DNA of 62,508 nt, filler included, from Dugesia japonica (taxonomy: Eukaryota): the NCBI GenBank assembly GCA_001938525.1. It is 5 parts of 5 records of this genome, joined end to end, with 100 filler letters (N's around TTAATTAATTAA, not from the genome) between each part and the next. Parts side by side here need not be neighbours in the genome. Positions count along the whole stretch, not along the records: positions 42,956 to 52,934 come from MQRL01392310.1; positions 53,035 to 62,508 come from MQRL01317991.1; 3 more parts are not named here. The stretch is one strand, 5' to 3'. This document shows positions 51,856-62,508 of the stretch, in pieces. Numbering within the stretch: position 1 is the stretch's first letter; the number at the start of each line of letters is the position of its first letter. The notes beneath the pieces are model-generated. The model was not told where the DNA came from and searched no databases. It saw nothing but the letters and a program-made list of their open reading frames with translations. The position numbers and the translations under genes were made by a program.

Positions 51856-52644
51856 TAGTAGGTAAAAGGTGGTGTACGAACCGCGCGCGGAGAAAGTTTA
51901 GTAAAATTGGCTATGTATCACTCAATATGAATGCCGGAATTTTAAAAAATTACTGTATCAACCAATCAGATTGTAGGAAATCTTTTAAAAAGTGCCAACA
52001 TACAGATAAATTAGAATGCATTAATTTTCAAAAGTGGCTACGTATAAACCAGTCTAAATATGTCCTAACCGTGAATACGTTTGAATGGTTTTGAATTACG
52101 TACTATTCGATTCAGAATAATTTTCAAAATTTTTAAATTTCTTAATTTTCAAATTATTAGATTTTAAAATTTTTCCAATATTTTTAAAATCAACTTCATT
52201 ATACTTTGTTAAACTTGCTCATGTATTACATTTTCTTTGTTTAACTTACATCTCAAAATTTATCGAATCTGGTGTCAATCGATAAAAAATTTTATGCTGA
52301 GTAGGAAGATCATGGTATTACAATATTACCTTGAAATAAATTGGAAAAACAAAAATAATCTTGTGCGTACGCACTGAAGGGACAGAAGAACAATTATATA
52401 TATATAATTTCCACCCCCACAAATATTATAAACTTCTTCGTAATATTAGTATTAGAAACTCCCAGCAATATTAATAATAGTTTCTTTAATGTTAACTTTC
52501 ATATTAACATTTGAAAAGTTTGCGATGATTGCCAACATTGAATTTAAACAAATTTTTTAAAATATTTTTATAATAACTTTTACAGTCAATAACAAAATAA
52601 ATAAGTAATAAGTGTTTTTATACAATACAATTATTTAATACAAT

Positions 52645-54583
52645 TGTTGGGATTTTACCCTAGGTGGGTTGAATTTTTGTTTGGTTTAAAACATTATATA
52701 AAATTAAGTCTAGGGTAATTGACCTGGTAAAACCCCGCGATGAATTTAAATCTAGTGTCTCCAAAAAATCCAGATCTTCGGGATGAAGCCGTTGACTCGT
52801 AGCTCGAGTGCATACTCTCACCCCTTTGGTTCGGGTTCGTTTCGCATGATACTCGCCTGCTTGAAATCCTACTTATAAATCATTAATTTATTTGATTTCA
52901 ATTTATAACGGATTTTATGGAATTTTTATTATCANNNNNNNNNNNNNNNNNNNNNNNNNNNNNNNNNNNNNNNNNNNNTTAATTAATTAANNNNNNNNNN
53001 NNNNNNNNNNNNNNNNNNNNNNNNNNNNNNNNNNATCTTGTTCTCTCCCCGGATGAAATGGATTTAAGGTGTTTTAGGGAACTATATCCCCTCCCTTGGG
53101 AGGTTGACTTGGACATTGAACCTGGCTATGAATCGTAAAATAAAATTCGGTGTTGATTACACTCATTGTTACTATTTAACTAATGTTGTTTTATATTTAA
53201 TGATGTTACGAATATCGTATTATGTTGACGGTAATTTTAATTTTTTCAGTCAGAAATGGAATCAATATAGGAGAGAATAATCTATCGCAGAACTCGTCGC
53301 ATAATTTTCTGGCGACATAGAAATCCGCATAACCGCGACGCAGGTGTTTTGTCTGACCGATCGGACTTACCACCGGTAGATGTCATCGTCGCCAGAATCC
53401 AGGATTTTGTCGAGCGACAAAATTATTGGAGCTGGATGGGGCTGGACCAAACCCTTGTCACGACATTCCATTATCAACCTACAGCCCCTCCTCAGCGGTG
53501 CAGGCTTTTATTAACCATTGATTATGAGATGTAGCGAGGATTCAGAGAATACGGCACTCGTGGAAGATTCGACTCTTACTCATTAGTGTGTTACTATTAA
53601 TTTTGTTGTATGTTAAAATAAAATCACTAAGTATTCCGGTCTTATCACTAAATCCTTTTATTCCGAAATTTTCTTATATTAAAACTAGGATTAGTGGTAG
53701 TTAATTGTCCACCGGGTAACAATAAATGTAAGTATTCGGTGTTACTCAACAAGGCTTTGTATTGTGTTTAACCCAAATTCGTTTTCTTCTAGTGCACACG
53801 TCATAGAATCGCGCTACAGAACCAACCAAGAAAATGCGAGAGTCGGTGATGAGGCCGAAATCACGTTGGACCTATATAAACTAGAAAAACGGCGATGGGA
53901 GGTCAGTACGGCATACGCTGAAGCCAAAGTAGGTCGTTATAAAAAGAAATGTTTGGCTTTTAAAGCCGAGGCTGAAGCGTCCCACCGGCAAGAGAGAATC
54001 CTGAAGGCTCAATTAGATACGTTCACTGAGATTATCCGGTCCTACCAAGACCGAGAGAATTAACTGGTTCAGGATATTCACAAATTGAAAACTGCAATGC
54101 CCCTCGAACCATTGATGGTCGACAATGGTACCCAGGCTCCGAGAACTTAATATCTGCCATTGCATAAATAAATGTTTTGATATTAAAATTTAATTTTTTA
54201 TTCTATTTTTTGCTTAGTTAATTGGCATATCTGTCGCCGAACGAATAAACTAATGTTATATCTTGTTTAGTGCCGCGAATCACATTCCCAAAAAGCTTAA
54301 GAAGATGTCACCCAATTATGCGACATCTCATATAATTTTCATGTAAAATAAAGTTTTTATTTTTTGACTCATTCTAACCTTTAATAAATTCGTGGTAATA
54401 GGGAAAATAGTGAACCTAAATCCAAAGGCTGATGAGCGCGCACCTCCCATTAAGTGAGAGCTCAACTACCATAAGCTGAATACCTAACCTAGGTGCATTA
54501 GGTTAAATTCTTGGAAGGGTCCCCTGAGGACTGTTTTTCCCCAGCCACATTTCTCCTCATCCTACTCAGGTGGAACCCCAACA
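52645..54583 (+). mobile_element. Unclassified multi-ORF TG..CA element, copy C (spans a linker gap)
   Basis: TGTTGGGATTTTACC start and GGTGGAACCCCAACA end; ORFa ..53138, ORFb 53256-~53590, ORFc 53793-54150, ORFd stub from 54271, collinear with copy D. Confidence 0.8.
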
Positions 54584-54599
54584 TCTGTATAAGTTTTTG

Positions 54600-55400
54600 A
54601 TAATTATCTATTTTAATATTGATTTATCGATTTAAATATAATGAAACCATCACACAATAAAGCATTCAACGATACCTTACTCAGGTCTAAGTCATTTATG
54701 ACAAATAATATTTTAATGAAGTTTCAAGTGTATTAGATTTGATTTCGGATAGAACCACAGTAGGTTACATGCAAAATTTAAAGTAGTTAGAGCTTTATTA
54801 GTGTTGAGAATATTAGCAGCAATACAAATAACATATGGATTTCAATTGGCATATGATATCTTCTTTTTAATCGGATATTTATGATTGAAGTAGTCGCTAT
54901 TTTGAAGATCGGTATATTATGATCGCCATTATTAACGTAAACCGTGAAAATATGTACGCTGTTGCTACTATAACAACAAAATAATATGAACATAAACAAA
55001 TTATCATTTATTACATCTTCGTTGCTTAAACTTTTATTAATTTTTTCTACATTTCATTCAATCAATTTGTCTTCTGACTTATTCAAAAGATATCGTCTTT
55101 TATGAATTTGTTTTATCACTTCAAATCGAACTGCATATCTTTCTTTGTCTTTTATTCTACATTCTACCTTAATACATATTTCGTCTCCAACTTGAAATGT
55201 ATCTTTATTGGTATTAAGTAAATAGATTCTTCTTTCTTTTATTCATTACTGAAACACCTTTCTCTGTGTATGTATACTTCTGCTGAACTTAATCACGATG
55301 TCTTCTGACATGTTTCATTCAATAAATATTTAATTTCTGCTACTAACTCTGCCAAATGTTTTATTTTTTTTATGTTTTAATATTGTTTTAAAATTGAAGT
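54600..55400 (-). mobile_element. Gypsy integrase 3' end plus probable LTR
   Basis: FQVGDEICIK..RRYLL..NVEKI followed by TGTAATAAA at ~55015. Confidence 0.55.
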
Positions 55401-55544
55401 TCTACTATTCCATTTGTATTATAATGATATTGACTAGAAAAGCAAATCATTATATTCATTGAATCTGTCATCTTTTTAAAATCTTTTGATTCGATAACTT
55501 TCATGAACTTCATTGAAAATTAAATAATTCTTAAATCAAGCAAA

Positions 55545-56330
55545 ACTAATCATCTATAATTTAGATACATAGACGGTATTTTCCTTGTAACTAATTCTCC
55601 TCTAGAGAACATTTTAGAATTAGCTAACAGTATAAATGATAATATTAAATTTACTTTAGAGAATTCAATTGACTTCCAGATTCCTTTTCTAGACACTTTA
55701 ATACAATGGAAACCCGGTGAAATATTAACTACCAATTATATTTTAAACCATTTTGCAGTGGAATAATAAAACTACCATCATCCAGAAAATTTGTATAATT
55801 AAAGGTGAAAGAATTCGAGCTGAGAGACTAACTTTAAATAAAGAAATAATAAGTCAATAAAAAATAAATTCTTAAATAACGGTTACCTAAATAAAATTAT
55901 ATCAAAATATTAAACGTTGAATACAAAACATAATAAATCAAACCAAAATCAAACACAGTTATTAAATTACATTTTAATAATGAGAAATGTAGCCAAATCA
56001 TGCAAAATATAATAAACAATTCTACACTCAAATATAATCCAAGAATAATATTCAAAACGCAAGAATCTTTGGGCATTCAATTACAGAAACCAAAACAGAA
56101 TTTATGTAGTTCCAAATGCATTTGTGATGGTAGAAATATATGCAATGAAAGTGTATAAAAAATATATATAAAATGTATAAAAATGTTAAAAATAGCTTGC
56201 ACGATTTGTCAAGAGACATATATAGGATAAACATGCAGAAAAATCCAAACAAGAACTAAGGAACATCTGAAACAAATACATTTTAGAAGAAACAATGTAT
56301 AAGTAGTTTTTTTTATTCTGATTAAATGGT
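55545..56330 (+). mobile_element. Penelope-like retroelement RT C-terminus and GIY-YIG endonuclease, degenerate
   Basis: FRYIDGIF, NIKFTLE..IPFLD, then CTICQETYIG.T.R..QTRTKEH. Confidence 0.85.
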
Positions 56331-56369
56331 GCTGACATGTTTTTGTATAAATTATTGCTTCATTATATA

Positions 56370-58490
56370 TGTTGGGGTTCCACCTGAGTAGGATGAAGAA
56401 AAATGTGGCTGGGGTAAACAGCCCTCAGGGGACTCTTTCAAGAATTTAACCTAACGCCCTGGTGTANNNNNTTGACCTCTCGCTTAATGTGAAGTGCGCG
56501 CCCATAAACCTTTGGCTTTGTGTTCACTATTTTCCCTATTAATACTAATTAATTAAAGGCGAGACAAAGTTAAACTATAGACACTTTATTTTATAAAATA
56601 ATTACATCAGATCCAACGCCCCCGGATCTAACCATTAGGCTGGATCGGCTACCAAGAAATTGAAAGCGGCGACATAGTCGTTGTCGTCCCATTAAACTCA
56701 GGTAGGGTTTCCTAACTGGCGGTAGAGGTCAGATATACTGTTTGAGGAAGTCTATTTTCCTCTGCAACAAAAATGTATTCTTCTCCTCTAGTGCTTTTGC
56801 CCGCACCGCCAGATCGTTGTTTTTTCACAACCTGATAAGGTTTTTTGATCAGACGATCTCGTTGGTTCAAATGTTTGAGAAGTGCTCTGTCGGTTTTCCG
56901 CTTTAGATGGCATTCTATTAGTAGGCGGCGCAAAATACGATAGCATCTGCAGACACTACTAGGAAAGGTGATGCGAGGCACTAAAATAAGTGAAATATTA
57001 AAGATATCATAACAATGAACTAGATTAGTCTCAATCTTGGTTAGCAGTTATTTTATTTAATTTATTTAAATAAATGAGCAAATACGAAAAGAAAAATTTT
57101 ATNNNNNNNNNNNNNNNNNNNNNNNNNTTTTCTCTATCATCAAGGGTTTGATAGGTATCCTGTCCCTGAGATTTAAGACATCCCCAACCAGATTATTCTC
57201 TCGGTCGTGGCTGGACAGGATAATTTCCGCAAAGGACTCAACCTTCTTTTTCCTCGCTTGCATGTGGGAGGCTTCGGCTTCCTTTTTAAAGGCGATACAC
57301 TTTTTCTTGTATCGGAGTACTTTACTATTCGCGGTGGCCATCTCCGCCTCCCAATGACGTTTCGCAAGGCGGTAAAGATCGCAAGTCATTTCTTGGTCCT
57401 CACTGTTGTCTCTCATTTTTTTGGTGGGAGCTGTAGGACGATTCAGAGAGGAATGCACTACAAAATAGTAACTATTACTAAAATATTATTATCGCAATTA
57501 TGGAAGCACACAACGCTTAAAAATAAACTTTCATATTAATATTGAACGAAATCTTCTTTTAATGTAATAACAAAGAAATAAGTTAGATTATCGTTAAGAA
57601 AAGACACTTATTTATTTATAACTTTAAGCTTCAAACACAGAAATCATTGTATATTCGTAATTGTATCGATATTAGGAGCGGTGTTCTCGGCATCTATATT
57701 ACCAGAGGGTTCTCTCACGCCCAAGAGTAAGTTGGAGATAAAGGCTTGTACTACTGGAGGCGGGGCCGGAGGTTGATAGTTAAACGACGTAACGTGGTTA
57801 TGCGCTGGTCCGTTCTATTGGTGGAAGCGTATCCTCTCGCCGAAGCTCTGGATGCGAGCCACTGTAGCCTCGATGGGTGGTAAGTTCGACCGATTTACCA
57901 AAATACCTGCATCTCGGTGATGCGGGTTATGGTGGCGTCTAAAAATAAAACGGTGAGTTTTTCGATCTATTACTTGTTCCCAAACGGATTACATTTCTAT
58001 TTAAAAAGTAATACTAATTATTACCATAACACTAATAAAATTTATATAGGTTTATGTGACAAAATTATAATTAGAAAAGTCTAAGGTTAATTATACTAAG
58101 ACAAGACCATATGAATTGGTTTTATATTAATTTTTATTGTTAAACATAATAGAACTGAAGATGGTTATTCCTCGACTATGTTAACTTTTTTATCTAAGGG
58201 GAACATCTCTGTGAAACATTGGAGATCGGTTTCATCAGGATGTTCTATTTTGCCACAAGTCAGAACGTGGGCTATCAGTTGCCTCGAACGAGCGGCCTGA
58301 CGTTGCTTTTTATCAGTCTCAAAGCATGAGGCAGCTCTGCTGGCATAGCTAAAGGAGAAACAATCAAACATATATATAATGGTTCTGTTCACGTTTAATA
58401 CTCCTGAGAAATTTACGAGAAATGCTTGTTAACTGATGACACTCTTTACTGGGGTACGGTAGCGGGGATGGACCGAGGTATGTGGCCAGA
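56370..58490 (-). mobile_element. Unclassified multi-ORF TG..CA element, copy D
   Basis: Terminus TGTTGGGGTTCCACCTGAG; ORFa ~58490-58165, ORFb 57994-~57640, ORFc 57458-~57100, ORFd 56981-56602. Confidence 0.85.
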
Positions 58491-58499
58491 TTTATCTTG

Positions 58500-59450
58500 C
58501 CATTGAAACCAAGAGAATGAAACGATGTATTGGAATACTAAGCCGAACCTTGCAAAAGGAACAACTAAAAGTGGATACGAACATTCCTCCTCGTTTAGAC
58601 ATTATTTGAATGCTAGAGCCAATGAATTCCACCACGCGGATGCAAATCACAACGTTCATAACAGGTTTCTCGTGAGGTCGAGGGGGTTAATAATTACAAT
58701 CAGAGGAGCAATGGTATTCGTTTCAATGTTGCTAGTAATAATTAGACTGGTCATAATAATGATTAATGATATTTAACATTATGTTGTTAGCGCGAATCAT
58801 ATTGATAGTGCTACCAATGCTAAACACCATACTACCCTAAAAAACAATAATTCTAATGTCGGTGACTATGATGGCCATGGGGTTAATCATAAGTAGCATT
58901 ATATATGATCTTTGTCTCAGTGCAGAGATGAGACGAAAAGTAATCTTATGGATAATGATCACCTAAATAATAGCAGCAACGGTAATTATGAAAATAAATA
59001 TAATAAATCCAGTTAATGGCAATACAATTGGTCAAATAATAATAATGCTGAATAATAATTAATATTGGTATGGATTATAATAATATTACGGAAAAATTGA
59101 TGCTACTTTAGTATTAGTGAGGAAGATGTTAATTTAAGCGATAATAATAAATTGAATAATGGTAATAATAAAGATAAAGGAAACACATATTTCTAAATTT
59201 CGACCTCACCAATTATTGTTAGATCATCATAGTGGCCATTACAGTAAGTAATATGCAAATTGTCAGTATCAGATCGAGAAATAAATTATGCTTATTTTTT
59301 TAGCGGCGATGTTAAATATATGACTAATCTTGGAGAGAGTTCGATTATGGTTAATTTTAAAGAGATGTGTGGGTCATTCCTAATAATCCAACACAATCTC
59401 CTATTTTTGTTTCGTTAGTACGATCTTGGTACACGCTAATGATGTGAGTA
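58500..59450 (+). mobile_element. Possible Gypsy gag(-pro) remnant with Asn-rich stretch
   Basis: IGILSRTLQKEQLKVD..NARANE resembles the gag GI..LQ..LL..ARA.E motif; very decayed. Confidence 0.4.
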
Positions 59451-59985
59451 AGTTCACAAAAAAAAGTATTTTCTTCTACACACTACTTTTAGATATCGGG
59501 ATACTGAGTGGAATGACAGAAACAATTTAGTCATAATCAGAAAGTGTGTGTAATTTAAAAACTGATAATGATTGCTTACTGTGACAAAATACTAAAACTA
59601 TGATAATTGGGGTAGCTGGATTAATTCCATTAACAGTGACATTACTAGTATATGATGAACCAGATCTGGACACTATTAATCAGAGTACAAGATTTATACT
59701 ATCACAAGAAAGCAACTTATCGGACTATTAGCTCAGGCTTGGGAAATCGAGTTAGTGGATATTTTTTATTGCGGAGAACCAGAGGCTTGCTAGAATTTTC
59801 CGTTGCAAAAATATGGATATTATTTTTTTCTTATCATAAACATCGCAATGTTGAGGTAATCGTATAGATAAAAAAAATATGTTTGGAGTTTTCGCAAATT
59901 AAATATATTTATCATAACTAATTTTAATATAATCAACTTTTTATAACATTATATATATTTAATATAACAAACATTATTAAACAAC

Positions 59986-62200
59986 ATAGTTCGACTATAA
60001 GTATAAAATTTACTTTGTAAATAATTTCAGTTTTTCTGCAACGGGTACTTTGCGAAGTGGGCTTGATTTTGATTGAGAATTCCTCCGGTTGGCGTTCCGA
60101 TATATTTGTTTTTCTAACTAGAATACTTCCTTTGAATAGTTATGTGATGCCCGATTATTAAGCTTCTCGTCAATTTTCTTTACAAATCAGTTTGGGCAAA
60201 AATAAAACTTGGCTAGCTTCACAAAACTGTTAAAATTTTACTATTTTTTGCGTGTTTCCTTCTAATTTTCTGGGGGTTTAAATATCGTTTTTCAAGACAC
60301 CCTGACTTGCTTGGCATTGGCCAGTTATTTTTAATTCAAACCTCTGGTTTCTCATTGGCGTTGGTGCCAATTTTCAGAGTTTTTTAAAGGTTTTTTAGCA
60401 TTCTATTGGTGCCTNNNNNNNNNNNNNNNNNNNNNNNNNNNNNNNNNNNNNNNTAATGATTCCTTTGTTCTAATTTTATTTTTAGACATCCCATTAGTCC
60501 AGTTTTTGGGACCTTATAGCAGCCTTCTGGATGATGGCAGGGTTTTTTGACAGAAAAGAATCGATGACCAACCCTAATTCCTTCTGGAATTTTCTTACGC
60601 CGAGCTCCTGTGATTTTCCGGAGCAAAGTTATTCGCATAAAACGAATTTCAGCCTCATTTTAATTTATTTTACACTTAAGTTAATAAATATTTTCTTTAT
60701 AATTAATTCTTATGGTTAATAATTTTCTTGCTTCTTTACTAATAATTGATTAATTTTCTTTAATTGATTGCATTAATGGATGTTGGCTTGATGACCCAAG
60801 TTCATTGTTATCGGGTTTTACTTAGGTTGTTCATTAATTTACACCCTGTTCGATGGTTGTACTCGTTCTTCTTCTCGTTTTAACCATTTTTGGTGCCTTA
60901 TGATTTCTTCTTCCTTTCCGTATTTTATAATCAATGACCGCCTTGGTCTTGCTTCCTCCTCTATTTTGTGTTTAATATATAACTTGGTGAGTTATCGACT
61001 TTATTTAATCAAATAGAAAAACTTGGCGAGTTATCAATCATACATCCTTACAAAACGTTTCACCGTCAGGCTTCTTTGAACCGAGGATTGTACCATAAGA
61101 TCTACTGTGTCATACCGCAACCAACGATACTATTACGGTTCCCATAACATGTATATGCTCGTTTTAAATTGAATTTAAAAAGTTATTGTTCTCATTTAAG
61201 CATCGTTTAGGTGAAAACGAAGCATTTTATGTCCAAGCTTCTTTATGTACTTTTAAATTTCCATAAGAATATTACCAAGATCAAAAACCATAATAACTTT
61301 TTTACCGTCCCACTTGAGTGAATTGACGATAACACTATGTAATTTACTGCGTCAATAGGCATCCAACGATATCATGACCGTTTTTGTATGACTTATAAGT
61401 ATGTTCGTAAATATAAGAATATCAAGAAGATAAACCATGGCTCCATTGAATCCGCTTACCACTTTTATCATCATCTCTTTGAATGTCCTTGGTGCCGCTG
61501 CGATGCCAAATGGCATTCTATTAAAACATCTAACTCCATCTAACTTTGCCAACATTCCATCGACATAAGGCGTAGGAAAGGCTTTTCTTTTCGTTACTGC
61601 GTTCAATTGTCTGAAATCTAAACAAATTTTTATGTCTTTGTTTTCCTTTTTCAATACACACATCAGTGGGGTATTCCATGGAGAGTTCATTTCCAGATAA
61701 TATTATTCTCGAATAGTTTTTGGATAGCTTCTTCTATTTTAGATTCTAAATTCATTGGTTGATTATACGGTTTTACATTGATTAGTTCACCACTTGTTAT
61801 GATTTTGTGTCTTGTTAGATGATTCGTCATACATCCCAATTATCTGCCATAAAAGCATCTTCTTTACTTCCAATTATTTTCAATAACTTTTGATCCTCTT
61901 TAATCTTAAAATATTTAAAGCTCTTGTCAATCGCTCTCTTTTTGAAATTTGTCTCCCGAATTTCGCATCAATATTACAAATGTAATTTTCGACTTTTTCA
62001 TCCGTTTTACTGTTACCCTTTTCCATAAGCTTATATCCAAAATTCTTCTGCATATCTATTCCTCCTATCAGATCTGATGTTACTCTTTCAGCAACTAAGA
62101 AAGTAATCATTTGCAAACTTCATCAATTATCACTCCAATTTTAACTTTCACAACAATTTTAAGTGTACTATTATTTGCACAACGCAATCTTTCATTACTC
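59986..62200 (-). mobile_element. Decayed Ty3/Gypsy pol (protease end, RT, integrase remnants)
   Basis: DLIGGID; SPWNTPLMCVLKK..CLDFRQLN..RMPFGIAAAP.TF..VYLLDILIF. Confidence 0.9.
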
Positions 62201-62508
62201 ATTTCTAAATTTGCTTACATAAAACTTAATATTTATTATAGATATTATTCAGAATTTAATTTAAATATTTGCAATTTAATTTTATTAAATTTCTGTTCAA
62301 TTTACAAAAAATTTAAATCCGTTTTAAAAATAACAACGACATACTCAACATTATTGTTATTATTATTATTTTTTTCAATATTTTTTTTCAAATATTTTTA
62401 AAAAAGATTTGATCGAAGCTTTTATATTAATAAATTCTGAAAAACGACCAATGGTTACGTCAAATAATTATTCTCGCAATTATCGTTAATGTAAAACTAT
62501 TATTATAA

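Noticed and set aside
51856-52105. AGTAGGTA-starting GC-richer insert with CCAAT boxes as another mini-Polinton
   Set aside because: No matching right TIR or 6-bp TSD could be identified
54425-54470. CTGATGA as a hammerhead core in copy C (also ~50038)
   Set aside because: No GAAA/stem arrangement, and the motif is not conserved in copy D
52640-54590. Target-site duplication for copy C
   Set aside because: Flanks ACAAT and TCTGT differ; the halves are separated by a linker and may belong to different copies
57148-57539. Plus-strand ORFs overlapping ORFc (similarly 9095, 10436, 15193, 28882, 50641)
   Set aside because: Antisense shadows of better-supported coding frames

Overview
Very AT-rich eukaryotic (probably animal) draft-assembly sequence with short introns, dominated by decayed mobile DNA. 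Four artificial 100-nt N-TTAATTAATTAA-N linkers split it, so continuity across them is unproven. Contents: (1) a ~12.5 kb degenerate Polinton/Maverick (adintovirus-like) endogenous virus at 2.6-15 kb with pPolB (vOTU-like and HNH/EndoVII domains), a hydrophobic-hairpin protein, fiber-like protein, adenain-type protease, penton, an adenovirus pX-like peptide, packaging ATPase and truncated integrase; no major capsid gene is visible; (2) a second Polinton-type integrase plus penton fragment and non-autonomous elements with Polinton-type AG..CT ends; (3) mariner, Tigger/pogo, hAT-Buster, Ty3/Gypsy and Penelope remnants, including a minimal hammerhead ribozyme; (4) host genes ARMC7 and the 5' part of COX10, overlapping on the same strand, plus a C2H2 zinc-finger ORF and an intact 278-aa orphan ORF. 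The most unusual feature is a dispersed element family (copies at ~15.1, 52.6-54.6 and 56.4-58.5 kb, with a distant relative at 17.3-19.9 kb) that I cannot assign to a known class. It has TG..CA ends, a conserved terminal stem-loop and a fixed-order array of about four small ORFs showing mostly synonymous divergence. Each ORF is built as a splice acceptor (repeatedly AG|TG), ~100 codons, then AATAAA. All assignments come from reading motifs by eye; no searches were run.
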